A stretch of DNA of 64,000 nucleotides from Oculatellaceae cyanobacterium bins.114 (GCA_033764315.1 JANRJA010000229.1:1-64000), one strand, 5' to 3'. Shown: positions 48,708-59,949, counted from the stretch's first letter. Notes: generated by a model from the letters alone, not told the origin. Program-made: numbers and translations.

Positions 48708-51266
48708 ATGCCATTTACCCTACAACTGTTACACGCATCTGACTTTGAAGCTGGGATTCCCGCAATCGATGATGCTGTCCGCTTTTCAGCGATCATTAAT
48801 TATTTTCAAGATTCTTCGATAGGTCAGTTTGCTGCTTCTCCTACGGTTCGTGCGAACACCTTAACCCTCTCCTCAGGGGATAACTACATTCCTAGCCCTT
48901 TCCTCACTGCCTCCAGTGACACAGCGTTAAACGGCGTTGGAGGTTTAGGCACTTCGACTGCCCCTACCTTAGGCCGAGCAGATGTTGCCATTCTCAATGC
49001 CCTCGGTATTCAAGCCTCTGCCTTTGGCAACCATGAATTTGATTTAGGAATTCGCCAGGTTCGCGACATTTTAAGAGCAGGCGGTGGTAGCCCTGGCTTA
49101 AATTTCCCCTATCTCAGTTCTAACCTCAACTTTGCGCCTGAAATCGCCAGTGGTCGTGGTGACTTGGCTCAAAGTGATCTGGCAGCCAACCAAAGCACCG
49201 CTGAAGCTAGCACGATTCGCGGCAAAATCGCCGAGAGCACTATCATCACTTTGCCTGGAAATGATGGCTTGCCTAGTACGGGCGATGAACAGCGCATCGG
49301 CATTGTGGGTGCGACAACTCCTCTGTTGCGGCAGATTTCGTCTCCTGGCGATACACAGGTGATACCCGCTAACCCTGTAGACTACGATGCTCTCGCGGCT
49401 GAGATTCAGACATCAGTTGATGCTCTAGTAGCGACTGGCATTAACAAGGTTGTCTTGTTGGCTCACATGCAACAGATTGAGATTGAGCGGGATGAACTAG
49501 CTCGTCGTCTTCGTAATGTTGACATCATTGTTTCAGGGGGGTCTAATACGCTGTTATCGGACAGCAACGATACGTTGCGAACAGGAGATACAAGCGAAGG
49601 GCCCTATCCAACCCTTAGAACCTCTGCGTCTGGGCAACCTGTATTAATTGTCAATACAGATGGCAACTACCGATATGTTGGGCGATTGGTAGCTACGTTT
49701 GACGATAACGGAGTGTTGGATACCAACAGCCTGAATAACACCTTAAGTGGTGTGTTTGCCGCAGATGAAGCCGGGGTCGATCGCGTCTATGGTAGTGACG
49801 TCAACCCTAGAACCGTTGCCGATGCCAACGTGGTTGCCATCACCGATGCGTTGCGAAATGTTATTTCTACCAAAGACAGCACCATCGCAGGTTCGGCACC
49901 CGTGTTTTTGAATGGTGCTCGCAGTAGTGTGCGGACACAGGAAACTAATCTGGGGAACCTCAGTGCAGACGCAAACCTGTTCTATGCTCGTCAGGTTGAC
50001 CCGACAACGGTTATCTCAATTAAAAATGGCGGTGGCATTCGAGATGTGATCGGTGTCGTTCAGCCTGTTCCTGGTGCAACTAGTGCCGATGATGTCGATT
50101 TCTTGCCGACTCAACCCAACCCCCTGGCACCTAACAAGCGCGAAGGGGATGTGTCGCAACTCGATATCGAGAACTCACTGCGCTTTAATAACAGCTTGAC
50201 GCTGATTACAGTGACAGCCACTCAACTCAAGGAAGTGCTAGAGCATGGGGTGGCAGCGACTCGTGCTGGTGCAACTCCAGGTCAGTTTCCTCAGATTGGG
50301 GGTGTCTCGTTTAGCTTTGACCCTACTGGCACTGCTCAGGTTTTAGACACAAATGGCAACGTCACCACTCCTGGCACCCGTATTCGCTCGATCTCGATTA
50401 CAGATGCCAACGGTAACTCCACCCAGATCGTGGCTCAAAATGGTCAGATTGTGGGTGATCCCAACCGGACATTCCGTGTCGTTACTCTTAACTTTTTGGC
50501 AGGCACGACGCTAACGGCTGGTGGAGATAGTTATCCCTTCTTCCGATTTGTGCGTGAAAACCCAACCCTGGCAAATCGGGTCGATCTGGCGGGTGAAACC
50601 ACGATTGATTTAAACCGCAATGGCAGAATTGATCCAGCTGCGTTTACCACCGCTGGAGCGTTAACCTTTGCGAATCCAGGTACTGAGCAAGATGCCCTGG
50701 CTGAATATCTGCGTCAACTGACAACTCCGTTTTCGGCTCCAGATGTGGCTCCTGCACGCGATCGCCGCATTCAAAACCTCTCGGCTCGTGAAGACAACGT
50801 GCTTGGGGTGGTGTTGAAAGGCAGCAATCGGGCCAACCGCCTTGCCGGGAAATTTGCAGATGACACCATCAGCGGCTTGGCAGGCAACGATCGCATTGTT
50901 GGTCTAGCAGGCGATGATGTGCTATTGGGGGGTGCTGGCAATGACGTCCTGGATGGGGGTAGAGGCAACGATGTGGTGAATGGTGGTTCTGGTAACAACA
51001 CTGCTCGCGGTGCCGCAGGCAATGACATCTTCGTTTTAGAACGGGGTGTCGGCAGAACGTTGATTGTTGATTTCCGCGATACTCTCGACCGTCTGGGCTT
51101 TGGTGAAGGCGTCACGATTCGGGGCATCCGCATTCGGGAAGAAGGCAACAACACCGTTATTAGCTTTAGAGGTGATGACTTGGCCGTGTTGCGTGGGGTT
51201 GATCGTTCTTTGATTAACCGCCGTGACTTCACCAGTGTCATCCCAACCGGTGAAGTGATTGTGTAG
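48708..51266 (+). CDS. Metallophosphoesterase / 5'-nucleotidase with C-terminal RTX Ca-binding repeats
   Basis: LLHASDFE, SSGDNY, GNHEFD, RTQETNLGNL and NGGGIR motifs; GGAGND-type repeats. Confidence 0.88.
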   Translation: MPFTLQLLHASDFEAGIPAIDDAVRFSAIINYFQDSSIGQFAASPTVRANTLTLSSGDNYIPSPFLTASSDTALNGVGGLGTSTAPTLGRADVAILNALGIQASAFGNHEFDLGIRQVRDILRAGGGSPGLNFPYLSSNLNFAPEIASGRGDLAQSDLAANQSTAEASTIRGKIAESTIITLPGNDGLPSTGDEQRIGIVGATTPLLRQISSPGDTQVIPANPVDYDALAAEIQTSVDALVATGINKVVLLAHMQQIEIERDELARRLRNVDIIVSGGSNTLLSDSNDTLRTGDTSEGPYPTLRTSASGQPVLIVNTDGNYRYVGRLVATFDDNGVLDTNSLNNTLSGVFAADEAGVDRVYGSDVNPRTVADANVVAITDALRNVISTKDSTIAGSAPVFLNGARSSVRTQETNLGNLSADANLFYARQVDPTTVISIKNGGGIRDVIGVVQPVPGATSADDVDFLPTQPNPLAPNKREGDVSQLDIENSLRFNNSLTLITVTATQLKEVLEHGVAATRAGATPGQFPQIGGVSFSFDPTGTAQVLDTNGNVTTPGTRIRSISITDANGNSTQIVAQNGQIVGDPNRTFRVVTLNFLAGTTLTAGGDSYPFFRFVRENPTLANRVDLAGETTIDLNRNGRIDPAAFTTAGALTFANPGTEQDALAEYLRQLTTPFSAPDVAPARDRRIQNLSAREDNVLGVVLKGSNRANRLAGKFADDTISGLAGNDRIVGLAGDDVLLGGAGNDVLDGGRGNDVVNGGSGNNTARGAAGNDIFVLERGVGRTLIVDFRDTLDRLGFGEGVTIRGIRIREEGNNTVISFRGDDLAVLRGVDRSLINRRDFTSVIPTGEVIV

Positions 51267-51299
51267 CACTCCGGTTCTACCTGAGTTGAGATAGGTCGG

Positions 51300-52229
51300 G
51301 TGGGTGGGCGATCGCTCACCCACTCATGTTTTAGGGTAGAAGATTTGGAGCTTTATCATAGACAATATACCTATAGACACAAAATATTGAGGGCAGCAAT
51401 GATGAAACAGAGGGATGGGGCGATAACCTCAGCAGGGAAACTGCTTCGTATTGCACTTCTGGGACTATCCTTCTTCACCCTGACATCTGTTCCGATGCAA
51501 GCCCAACCTTCATTTCCAGTTGCTGTCACAGGGGGTATTCATCAGCCTGAATCTGCTCAAGCTCTGTTTAATGAGGGTTTAGACCATACAGAACAAGGAA
51601 ATTTACAAGCTGCCATTCTGAGTTATACCCAGGCAATCGAGATTGACCCAACCTTTACGGCAGCCTATATTCATCGGGGAATTGCGTATCACGATTTGGA
51701 TGATATTCAACAGGCAATGACCGATTTTCAAGCCGCTTTACGCCTCAATCCTAATAGTGCTGAAGCATATTATGGCCTGGGAGAAGCCCACGTTCATTTG
51801 AGTGATCTTGTGAGAGCGATCGCCCATTTAGACCGGGCGATTGTGTTAGATCCGAACTATGTTGAGGCTTACAACAACCGAGGAACGATCTACGCCATGA
51901 GGGGTGATTTTGTCCGGGCACTGGCCGATTTTGATCGAGCGATCGCCATCAACCCAACCTATCCTGATGCTTACTATAACCGGGGCAAAACTCGCACTGA
52001 AATGAACGATGCGGCAGGCGCGATCGCTGATTTTACTCAAACCATTCGCCTCAATCCCACCTTGGCCGATGCTTATGGTAGCCGGGGGCTGCTTTACTTT
52101 GAAACGGGCGATCGCAATGCTGCCCTGACTGATTTAGAGAGAGCCGCTGAATTGTTTAGACAACAAAATGATCAATACAGCTATCAGCAAACTCAGTTTT
52201 ATCTGCAACAGATTCGGCAACAGCCTTGA
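51300..52229 (+). CDS. Tetratricopeptide repeat protein
   Basis: Multiple AY.NRG...A.ADF..AI.LNP repeats; the real start is probably near 51399. Confidence 0.85.
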   Translation: MGGRSLTHSCFRVEDLELYHRQYTYRHKILRAAMMKQRDGAITSAGKLLRIALLGLSFFTLTSVPMQAQPSFPVAVTGGIHQPESAQALFNEGLDHTEQGNLQAAILSYTQAIEIDPTFTAAYIHRGIAYHDLDDIQQAMTDFQAALRLNPNSAEAYYGLGEAHVHLSDLVRAIAHLDRAIVLDPNYVEAYNNRGTIYAMRGDFVRALADFDRAIAINPTYPDAYYNRGKTRTEMNDAAGAIADFTQTIRLNPTLADAYGSRGLLYFETGDRNAALTDLERAAELFRQQNDQYSYQQTQFYLQQIRQQP

Positions 52230-52348
52230 ACCTTATACCGTTTTTATATGAAGATGCGTCTTATTGAACCCCCGGCTGTCGCCGTCCCCCTTGCCAAGGG
52301 GGACTACAGGGGGTGATTGATTTGGCGCATCCTCACATCTGATTGGTA

Positions 52349-53287
52349 TTAGACTGAATGCATCGAAGCCAATTTACAAGGATGTTTAGCATTGCCAATC
52401 TCGACTTGGATCGTGGCATGTTCAATGCCAAAGTGCTCGTGTAGCTCTTGTGTCATTTGCTGCAAATAATCATCACCAGGATGTCCATCAGGAAGAACAA
52501 GATGCACTGTCAATGCTGTTTCTGTTGTACTCATTGCCCAAATATGCAAATCGTGAACTTGAGCAACCCCAGCACACTCTGCTAAAAATAGGCGAACGGC
52601 TCGTTCATCAATGTTGTCTGGCACAGCATCGATCGCCATATTGAATGAATCTTTGAGCAGTTGCCACGTATTAAAGATGATCAGGGCACTGACGACCAGA
52701 CTAAACAAGGGGTCTAACCAAAACCACTGGGTATATAAAATTAAAACACCTGCCAAAACAACCCCAAACGACACCATTGCATCAGCTATCAAGTGCAAAA
52801 AAGCCGCCCGAATATTCAAATCATGGCTACGACCTGACGCAAACATGAGGGCTGTGACGGTATTAATCATCACGCCGATCGCCGCTACCCCAATGATGAT
52901 GCCACCTTGCACTTCACCCGGATTTTGAAAGCGTCGTATCGCTTCCCAGGCAATGCCCCCAGTGGCAACGAGCAACACAATCGCGTTTAAAAACGCCGCC
53001 AAAATAGTGGTTTTGCGCCATCCATGGGTATATCGCGATGAGGGTTGGCGACGACAGAGCAAGGTGGCGATCCAGGCAAGGACTAAACCCAAGACATCAC
53101 TGAGGTTGTGTCCAGCATCGGCAATGAGCGCAACGGAATGGGCCAAAACTCCATAAACAAACTCGATGACGACAAAACCGCTATTCAGCAGCAACCCTAC
53201 AAAAAAAGCACGATTGTAGTTAGAAACAGTGTGATGATGCCCCGCATGGGAGTGAGCGTGATCAGCATGAGAGTGATGATGAGGCAT
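52349..53287 (-). CDS. Cation diffusion facilitator (Zn/Co/Cd efflux)
   Basis: His-rich N-terminus; ADAGHNLSD, AFLHLIAD and HDLHIW motifs. Confidence 0.9.
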   Translation of the reverse strand: MPHHHSHADHAHSHAGHHHTVSNYNRAFFVGLLLNSGFVVIEFVYGVLAHSVALIADAGHNLSDVLGLVLAWIATLLCRRQPSSRYTHGWRKTTILAAFLNAIVLLVATGGIAWEAIRRFQNPGEVQGGIIIGVAAIGVMINTVTALMFASGRSHDLNIRAAFLHLIADAMVSFGVVLAGVLILYTQWFWLDPLFSLVVSALIIFNTWQLLKDSFNMAIDAVPDNIDERAVRLFLAECAGVAQVHDLHIWAMSTTETALTVHLVLPDGHPGDDYLQQMTQELHEHFGIEHATIQVEIGNAKHPCKLASMHSV

Positions 53288-53382
53288 GGGGATAAACCCT
53301 CAGAATGAATAAGCTGGTTAGTGTCGAGTAGTCAAGCTGTCCTACCTCAACATCATAATTCAACTCACTCGAACTATGAGTC

Positions 53383-53475
53383 TATAGCAATCCCAAATGG
53401 GTTGTGAGAGGCGCACCCCGCCGGGGTGCGCCTCTCACAACCTGCCAATCTCACAAATGATTTAGGACTGCTATA
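53383..53475. mobile_element. MITE/REP-like element with imperfect terminal inverted repeats
   Basis: tatagcaatcccaaat ... atttaggactgctata with an internal hairpin gttgtgagaggcgcacccc/ggggtgcgcctctcacaac; an internally deleted copy lies at 36646-36680. Confidence 0.6.
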
Positions 53476-53568
53476 TCTCTATAGTTGGTCTTGGGGTGCA
53501 TCTGCATATCAAATGGGCATAACACGACTGGAGCATGGAAACGAGAAAAAAATCTCCTGTCCAGGTGA

Positions 53569-54240
53569 TTAACCGTTGTTGAGTTCCATCAATGAGAGTG
53601 TCTCCCCTGAGTAAAGCCACTTCTCAAAATTGACTTTACACCGTCTCCATTCTTTGTCGGTCATCGCAAACCAATCCGTATCTCGGTTTAAGCCACGAAC
53701 AATCATGTGGTGTCGAAAGCGTCCTTCATACAAAAATCCCAGTCTCACAGCAGTTGTGCGACTGGCGTGATTTAGAGCGTTACATTTCCACTCTACTCTG
53801 CGATATAAATAGTGATCAAAGAGATGACGCAATAGTAAAAATTGGGACTCTGTATTGACTTTACTCTTGTGTACGGTTGGGCTAAACCACACATGACCAA
53901 TTTCGGCTCGACCGTGACTTGGGGCGATCGCCAACAATCCAACCATGCCGACTGGAGACTGGCTGGAGTTGTCAAACACAGTCCATACGAGTAGATCGGG
54001 GTTGCCAACCATGTCTCGTTTCATCCACTCTTGCATCGCCGCAGGACTCTCAAAAGGCCCATAGAGCATATACTCCCACACAGCTTCCTGTTCAGGAGTG
54101 CCATGTGACCCAACATACAGAGCCTCTACATCTCTTTCGGGAACGAGGGGCTTGAGCGTGACAAATTGACCGTTGAGTTGAGTGTATTCAGGAACTTGCC
54201 AGGTTGGATATTGCATGACGCGATCGCTTGTGAATTCCAC
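53569..54240 (-). CDS. GNAT family N-acetyltransferase (RimJ/RimL-like)
   Basis: AEIGHVWF, YRRVEWKCNALN and GFLYEGRFR motifs. Confidence 0.85.
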   Translation of the reverse strand: MEFTSDRVMQYPTWQVPEYTQLNGQFVTLKPLVPERDVEALYVGSHGTPEQEAVWEYMLYGPFESPAAMQEWMKRDMVGNPDLLVWTVFDNSSQSPVGMVGLLAIAPSHGRAEIGHVWFSPTVHKSKVNTESQFLLLRHLFDHYLYRRVEWKCNALNHASRTTAVRLGFLYEGRFRHHMIVRGLNRDTDWFAMTDKEWRRCKVNFEKWLYSGETLSLMELNNG

Positions 54241-54412
54241 TTCAATTCTTCGGCAATTTTGGTGTCAATTTCCCGATCGAATTGATAGCAGCATCTCAAT
54301 CAAAGCTTGCTTATATAGCTTTGGTCAGAAAGCTTAAGGCAAAGGCAATGGCTCAAATCCTGATGCTGGGAAAGCTTTCTGACTCGCCTCCGCCCATTGA
54401 ATGTGGCTACGA

Positions 54413-55213
54413 CTATACTGCCAGGAAACGCTGAATCACTTCATTGCTCAACTCACTGGTGGGACCTGACGCCACAATGCCGCCTTTTTGCATAGCGTAA
54501 TAGCGATCGGCCTGACGCACAAAGTGAAGGTGTTGTTCGACCAGCAACACTGAAATGCCAGTGGTGGCGACAATGCGCCGCACCGCTGACTCAATATCGA
54601 GAATGATGGAGGGTTGAATCCCTTCGGTGGGTTCGTCGAGCACCAACAGTTTAGGGTTGCCCATCAAAGCACGGGCGATCGCCAATTGTTGTTGTTGACC
54701 ACCGCTCAAATCACCGCCCATGCGCCATAACATGCTCTTCAGCACTGGGAATAGCTCAAAGATTTCATCGGGAATGGTTTTGGGGCCTTTCACTTTTTCG
54801 GCGCGTGCCTCAAATCCCAAAATCAAGTTTTCTTTAACAGTGAGACGGGGGATGATTTCTCGACCTTGGGGCACATAGCCAATGCCTAGACGCGCCCGTT
54901 GATCGGGTGAGATATCGGTAATGGGGCGATCGCCAAAGATGATGGAACCACGACGAGGTTTAATCAACCCCATAATGGTTTTGAGTAGGGTTGTTTTGCC
55001 CACTCCATTACGCCCAATCAAACATACCATCTGTCCTTTAGGAACACTCAAATCTACATCGCGCAAAATATGGCTCTCACCGTAATAGACGTTTAAGCCA
55101 TTGACTTGCAACATCAGAGAACCGGAATCAGCAGATGTATCAGGGGTGAGAATGGAAGAATTGGCTTGGCTCATGAGAGGAGAATTGGGAGTGGGGAATA
55201 AGAGAGAGTTCAA
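54413..55213 (-). CDS. urtE: Urea ABC transporter ATP-binding subunit
   Basis: GRNGVGKT, LSGGQQQQ and DEPTEGIQPSII motifs; last gene of the urt operon. Confidence 0.9.
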   Translation of the reverse strand: MNSLLFPTPNSPLMSQANSSILTPDTSADSGSLMLQVNGLNVYYGESHILRDVDLSVPKGQMVCLIGRNGVGKTTLLKTIMGLIKPRRGSIIFGDRPITDISPDQRARLGIGYVPQGREIIPRLTVKENLILGFEARAEKVKGPKTIPDEIFELFPVLKSMLWRMGGDLSGGQQQQLAIARALMGNPKLLVLDEPTEGIQPSIILDIESAVRRIVATTGISVLLVEQHLHFVRQADRYYAMQKGGIVASGPTSELSNEVIQRFLAV

Positions 55214-55271
55214 AATCCCTTTTCAAGGGGGATTTAGAGAGTGCTGAAGCCTATTGGCCTACACATCTGGC

Positions 55272-56078
55272 CTACACATCAGAACCACTAGCAACTTCTA
55301 ATACAGCTTGCTCAAGGTTGATGGGTTGATCAGAGTGAATTTCTTGACCGAGATAGACCTCAATCACGCGGGGGTCGCTCTGCACTTCGTCGATCGTGCC
55401 TTCAAACAGCACAGAGCCTTCGTGTAAGACCGTCACTTGGCGGGCAATTTGTCGAACAAATTCCATGTCGTGCTCGATCACGATAACCGAATGGCTCTCA
55501 GCCAGAGAAAGCAACAGATCACCAGTACGTGCTGTTTCTTCATCGGTGAGTCCGGCAACGGGTTCATCCACCAGCAACAGATCGGGTGATTGGGCAACCA
55601 GCATACCGATTTCGAGCCATTGCTTTTCCCCGTGAGAAAGCAAATTAGCTTTCATGTCGGCTTTGTGGCTCAAACCAATGGTTTCTAACAAGCTCACTAC
55701 GTTGCGGGTTTCAGGTGCAGGAGTGCCTCGCAGCAATGTGGCAAAAACATTCTTATTGCGATTGCAAGCCAGTTCCAGGTTTTCACGGGGTGATAGGTTT
55801 AAGTAAACCCGTGGGGTCTGAAACTTGCGACCAACCCCAAATCGGGCAATTTGGTATTCTTTGAGCGATCGCACATTGCGCCCTTTGACCAACACTCGCC
55901 CTTCGGTGGGTTTGACTTTGCCTGTGATCACATCCAAAAAGGTCGTTTTACCTGCCCCGTTAGGCCCGATGATCACCCGCAATTCACCGACATCCATGCT
56001 GAAATTGAGATGATTGAGTGCCTTAAACCCGTCAAAATCAACGGTTAAGTCCTCAATCTCCAAGATTTTTCCGTTCAT
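55272..56078 (-). CDS. urtD: Urea ABC transporter ATP-binding subunit
   Basis: GPNGAGKT and LSHGEKQWLEIGM motifs. Confidence 0.9.
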   Translation of the reverse strand: MNGKILEIEDLTVDFDGFKALNHLNFSMDVGELRVIIGPNGAGKTTFLDVITGKVKPTEGRVLVKGRNVRSLKEYQIARFGVGRKFQTPRVYLNLSPRENLELACNRNKNVFATLLRGTPAPETRNVVSLLETIGLSHKADMKANLLSHGEKQWLEIGMLVAQSPDLLLVDEPVAGLTDEETARTGDLLLSLAESHSVIVIEHDMEFVRQIARQVTVLHEGSVLFEGTIDEVQSDPRVIEVYLGQEIHSDQPINLEQAVLEVASGSDV

Positions 56079-57225
56079 ACTGAACCTCTGGGTCTTCTTC
56101 TAAGCTGGGATAGGTAGCCACATTACGACGACCAGTTAAGATCTGGAACCATTCAACACTGCGCTCGCGCAGAACTCCGACAATTCCGGTGGGCATGACC
56201 AGCACCACCAGCAGGAATAAACTGCCCTGAAAGAACAACCAGATATCGGGGAACTGTTCGCTGAGCAAACTCTTGGCAAAGTTCACCACCAAGGCTCCTA
56301 AAACGGCTCCTATCAGGGTTGCTCGTCCGCCAACTGCCACCCAAATCACCATCTCAATGGAGAAAGCAATATCCATTGCCTTGGGCGAAATGATGCCAGT
56401 TTGCAGGGTAAACATGGCTCCAGCGATTCCCGCCAGGGCACCCGATACGGCAAACACCAACACCTTAAAGCCAGTCGGGTCATATCCTGAAAAGCGAACT
56501 CTGGGTTCGTCATCGCGGATCGCAATCAGCAATCGCCCAAACCGTCCACTGGTAAGCCAGCGACAAAGCGCGTAGGCAAGCACCAAAAAAACGATAGTGG
56601 CGACATAAAACGCAAAGCGAGTGGCGTCATCTTTGACAGGCGCACCTAACAACGTGTTGAAGTCGGTCAAGCCGTTGGTGCCGTTGATGGACTGTTGCTG
56701 ACCATTAAACAGGTTAAAAAAGATAATGGTGGTTGCTTGCGTCAAGATCGAGAAATAGACGCCACGAATGCGGTTGCGAAACACCAGATAGCCCAGAATG
56801 GCCGCCAAAATAGCCGGGATGAAGATCACGGCCAACGCCGCAAAAGCAAAGGAGTGGAACGGCTCCCAAAACCAGGGCAACTCTGTCACCCCATAGAGAG
56901 TCATAAATTCTGGTAGCTGAATGCTTGAACTGGCTGGAATTTGCAGCTTCATGTGCATCGCCAGAGCATAGCCCCCCAACGCAAAGAAGACCCCGTGTCC
57001 TAAACTCAGCAACCCGGTATAGCCCCAAATCAAATCAATGCCGAGGGCAGCGATCGCCAGTGCCAAAAATCGCCACACCAGTTCCAACCGAAAATCGGAT
57101 AGAACGGCTGGAACGATAAAGATCAACGCCAACGCGATGGCCAAAACAACGCCTGACTCAACCCAGAGCGATCGCTGTTTTACTGCTTTGGCTGCCGGTT
57201 GTTCAACGGCTGCTTGTGTTGTCAT
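56053..57225 (-). CDS. urtC: Urea ABC transporter permease
   Basis: DLIWGYTGLLSLGHG and RIRGVYFSILTQA motifs. Confidence 0.9.
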   Translation of the reverse strand: MTTQAAVEQPAAKAVKQRSLWVESGVVLAIALALIFIVPAVLSDFRLELVWRFLALAIAALGIDLIWGYTGLLSLGHGVFFALGGYALAMHMKLQIPASSSIQLPEFMTLYGVTELPWFWEPFHSFAFAALAVIFIPAILAAILGYLVFRNRIRGVYFSILTQATTIIFFNLFNGQQQSINGTNGLTDFNTLLGAPVKDDATRFAFYVATIVFLVLAYALCRWLTSGRFGRLLIAIRDDEPRVRFSGYDPTGFKVLVFAVSGALAGIAGAMFTLQTGIISPKAMDIAFSIEMVIWVAVGGRATLIGAVLGALVVNFAKSLLSEQFPDIWLFFQGSLFLLVVLVMPTGIVGVLRERSVEWFQILTGRRNVATYPSLEEDPEVQYERKNLGD

Positions 57226-57361
57226 TGCTAGTGATCCCTACCCTAGATATGTTGTTGGTCAAAAGGATGAAGGTTAAAGACTGGTGTTAAAAGGATGAAG
57301 GCTGAAGGATGGAAAAATTGGCATTCTTTAGTCCTTCATCGTTTATCCTTTAGCCTTTTTC

Positions 57362-58522
57362 TTAGGCGTCCACCGTGCGCCCTTTCTGCGGAAACAGCCC
57401 CCCTGGACGGTATTGCAAGAAAACCACAATCAAGGCAAAGACCATGACCTTTGCCATACTGCTGGTGGCAAAAAAGGTAAAGAAATCGACCAACGGCTGA
57501 AACTTGGTTAAAAAAGACAAGATGCCAGTACCAATCACATACTCCGTGATGCCGATCGCCATCGCTCCCAAAACACTGCCCAACAAATTACCAACCCCAC
57601 CCACGACTACCACCATGAAGGTGTTGACAATGTAGTTTTGTCCCGTGTTGGGACCAACTGACCCCAACATGCTGACGGCACAACCTGCTACTCCAGCCAA
57701 ACCAGAACCAATGGCAAAGGTAATCGCGTCTACCTTACGAGTGGAAATGCCCAAACAAGCACTCATGTTGCGATTTTGAGTGACTGCCCGAATGCGTAAC
57801 CCCCAAGGCGATTTTTGTAGGAAAAAGTAAACACCAACCACGCAGATAATCGTGAGCACCAAAATAAAAATACGGACGTAGGGAAGCTGAAAACCACCCG
57901 CAATTTCAAGCCCACCTCTAAGCCAGCTAGGAGCCGTCACGTCTTTGTTTTGTGCTCCAAACCAGGGTTCTGTCACTGCCAGCTTATAGGTTTGTGCCAA
58001 AAAGGTGCCCACTGCTAGAGAAACCGCTATCGACAGCGACAACAAGAGCGCGATCGCCCACTGTTTAATCGGTTGCCCATTAGACCGCCGTCGTAATAGC
58101 CACTGTCCGCCAAAAAACAGTAGACAAAATAGTCCTAACCCGACTACCAACATCCAGTTCACACTGCGAACAAACTGTTGCAAGATCAAACTCACACCCC
58201 AGGTTGCCAGCAAGGTCTCTAGGGGTCGCCCATAGAGATAGCGAATGACCCCTCGCTCCAGGATTAACCCCATCACGGCCGCCACCAAGAAGGCTGCTAC
58301 CAGTGCAAAGAGAATATAGACCTCAAACAGGGGACCGCCGATTTGCTTAAAGGCGTTTTGGACAACAAACGTGGTGTAAGCACCTAGCATCATTAATTCG
58401 CCGTGAGCCATGTTGATGACCCCCATCAGCCCAAAGACGATCGCCAACCCCAAAGCAGCCAATAGCAAGATTGAGCCAATGCTGAGTCCGCTAAATACAC
58501 CATCCAAAATACTTGGTAACAA
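57362..58522 (-). CDS. urtB: Urea ABC transporter permease
   Basis: GVINMAHGELMMLGAY and LYGRPLETLLATWG motifs. Confidence 0.9.
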   Translation of the reverse strand: MLPSILDGVFSGLSIGSILLLAALGLAIVFGLMGVINMAHGELMMLGAYTTFVVQNAFKQIGGPLFEVYILFALVAAFLVAAVMGLILERGVIRYLYGRPLETLLATWGVSLILQQFVRSVNWMLVVGLGLFCLLFFGGQWLLRRRSNGQPIKQWAIALLLSLSIAVSLAVGTFLAQTYKLAVTEPWFGAQNKDVTAPSWLRGGLEIAGGFQLPYVRIFILVLTIICVVGVYFFLQKSPWGLRIRAVTQNRNMSACLGISTRKVDAITFAIGSGLAGVAGCAVSMLGSVGPNTGQNYIVNTFMVVVVGGVGNLLGSVLGAMAIGITEYVIGTGILSFLTKFQPLVDFFTFFATSSMAKVMVFALIVVFLQYRPGGLFPQKGRTVDA

Positions 58523-58567
58523 ACTCTCTCTCCCTTGATGCGGCGTTGTTGTGAAGTCAACTGATAG

Positions 58568-58600
58568 AGAAGTCGGAGTTCTTCAAGAACCCCGACTTCT
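58568..58600. terminator. Stem-loop between urtA and urtB
   Basis: agaagtcggagttctt-c-aagaaccccgacttct. Confidence 0.5.
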
Positions 58601-58614
58601 AGACAATCGAATCG

Positions 58615-59949
58615 TTAGATCTGGTACTTACCAGGGTTCTCAACATCGGTCTTAGTCCAGTCGCAGGCAAAGCCTTTGGTCTCAGCTACATACTGGTTCC
58701 AGGGCACTGGATCAACAGGGCCATCTGTTGCAAAGACGATCTCAAACAGACCATCATCGCGGATTTCCCCAATTCGCACTGTCTTAGAAATGTGGTGGTT
58801 GGGGTTCATCTTCACAGGCCCTTCTGGAGCTGCAAATTCTTGACCATAAGCCGCTTCCCGAACAGCTTCTAAATCAGACACCGTACCTTCAGTACCTGCT
58901 TTCTCAACCGCTTGCTTCCAGATGTTGACGGAGATATAAGCCGCTTCCATCGGGTCGTTTGTTACACGGCTATCGCCATACTCTGCCTTGAAAGCATCAA
59001 CATAAGCCGTGTTTTCGGGAGTTTCAACGGTCATGAAGTAGTTCCAAGCCGCATAGTGACCGAGCAAATATTCCTTACCGATCGCTTGCACTTCTTCTTC
59101 TGCAATACTCACCGACATCACAGGATATTTGTCTGCGGTCAGACCTGCACCTTGCATTTGCTTGAAGAAAGCAACGTTGCTGTCACCGTTGAGGGTGTTA
59201 TAAATCACACCACCGTTGGGCAGAGCCGAGCGGATCTTAGCGATGATAGGTGCAACTTCAGTGTTGCCTAAAGGCAGGTAGTCTTCACCCAGTGTTTTAC
59301 CACCCTTCGCTTCTAATTGAGCTTTGATGATGGTGTTGGCGGTGCGAGGGAAGACGTAGTCAGAACCCACCAGGTAGAAATCAGTACCTTTGTTTTCTAA
59401 CAACCAATCGACCGAAGGCTCAATCTGTTGGTTAGGAGCCGCTCCGGTGTAGAAGATATTCTTGGAGCACTCTTGACCCTCATATTGCACAGGGTAGTAG
59501 AGCATGTGGTTTTTGGCTTCAAACACAGGAAGCACAGCTTTGCGGCTGGCCGAAGTCCAACAGCCAAAGATGACGACGACTTGATCTTCATCAATCAGCT
59601 TGGTTGCTTTCTCAGCGAAGGTTGGCCAGTCAGAGGCACCGTCTTCTTCGATCGCCTCAATTTGCTTGCCTAAGATTCCACCTGCGTCATTAATTTGCTT
59701 GATCGCAAGCTTAGTAGAATCTACTACGCTCTTTTCAGAGATTGCCATCGTGCCACTGAGAGAGTGCAAAATCCCTACTTTGATTGTTTCACCACCAGCG
59801 GCAGGAGACTCAGCCATTGCTGATTCTTCTGGTGCCGGAGATTCTGCAGTCTCAGTCGGGGCACTGGCGCAAGCTTTTAATAAAACACTGGTTCCTAATG
59901 CAGCAGAACCATACAACAAAAATTTGCGGCGACCAAATAGCCTTGTCAT
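58615..59949 (-). CDS. urtA: Urea ABC transporter substrate-binding lipoprotein
   Basis: Twin-Arg-like leader and lipobox LKAC; GILHSLSGTMAISE and GCWTSASRK motifs. Confidence 0.92.
   Translation of the reverse strand: MTRLFGRRKFLLYGSAALGTSVLLKACASAPTETAESPAPEESAMAESPAAGGETIKVGILHSLSGTMAISEKSVVDSTKLAIKQINDAGGILGKQIEAIEEDGASDWPTFAEKATKLIDEDQVVVIFGCWTSASRKAVLPVFEAKNHMLYYPVQYEGQECSKNIFYTGAAPNQQIEPSVDWLLENKGTDFYLVGSDYVFPRTANTIIKAQLEAKGGKTLGEDYLPLGNTEVAPIIAKIRSALPNGGVIYNTLNGDSNVAFFKQMQGAGLTADKYPVMSVSIAEEEVQAIGKEYLLGHYAAWNYFMTVETPENTAYVDAFKAEYGDSRVTNDPMEAAYISVNIWKQAVEKAGTEGTVSDLEAVREAAYGQEFAAPEGPVKMNPNHHISKTVRIGEIRDDGLFEIVFATDGPVDPVPWNQYVAETKGFACDWTKTDVENPGKYQI

Noticed and set aside
50771-51319. 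Long antisense ORFs (e.g. 50771-51319, 41828-42313, 45874-46305)
   Set aside because: Shadow frames opposite well-supported genes, with no recognisable motifs.
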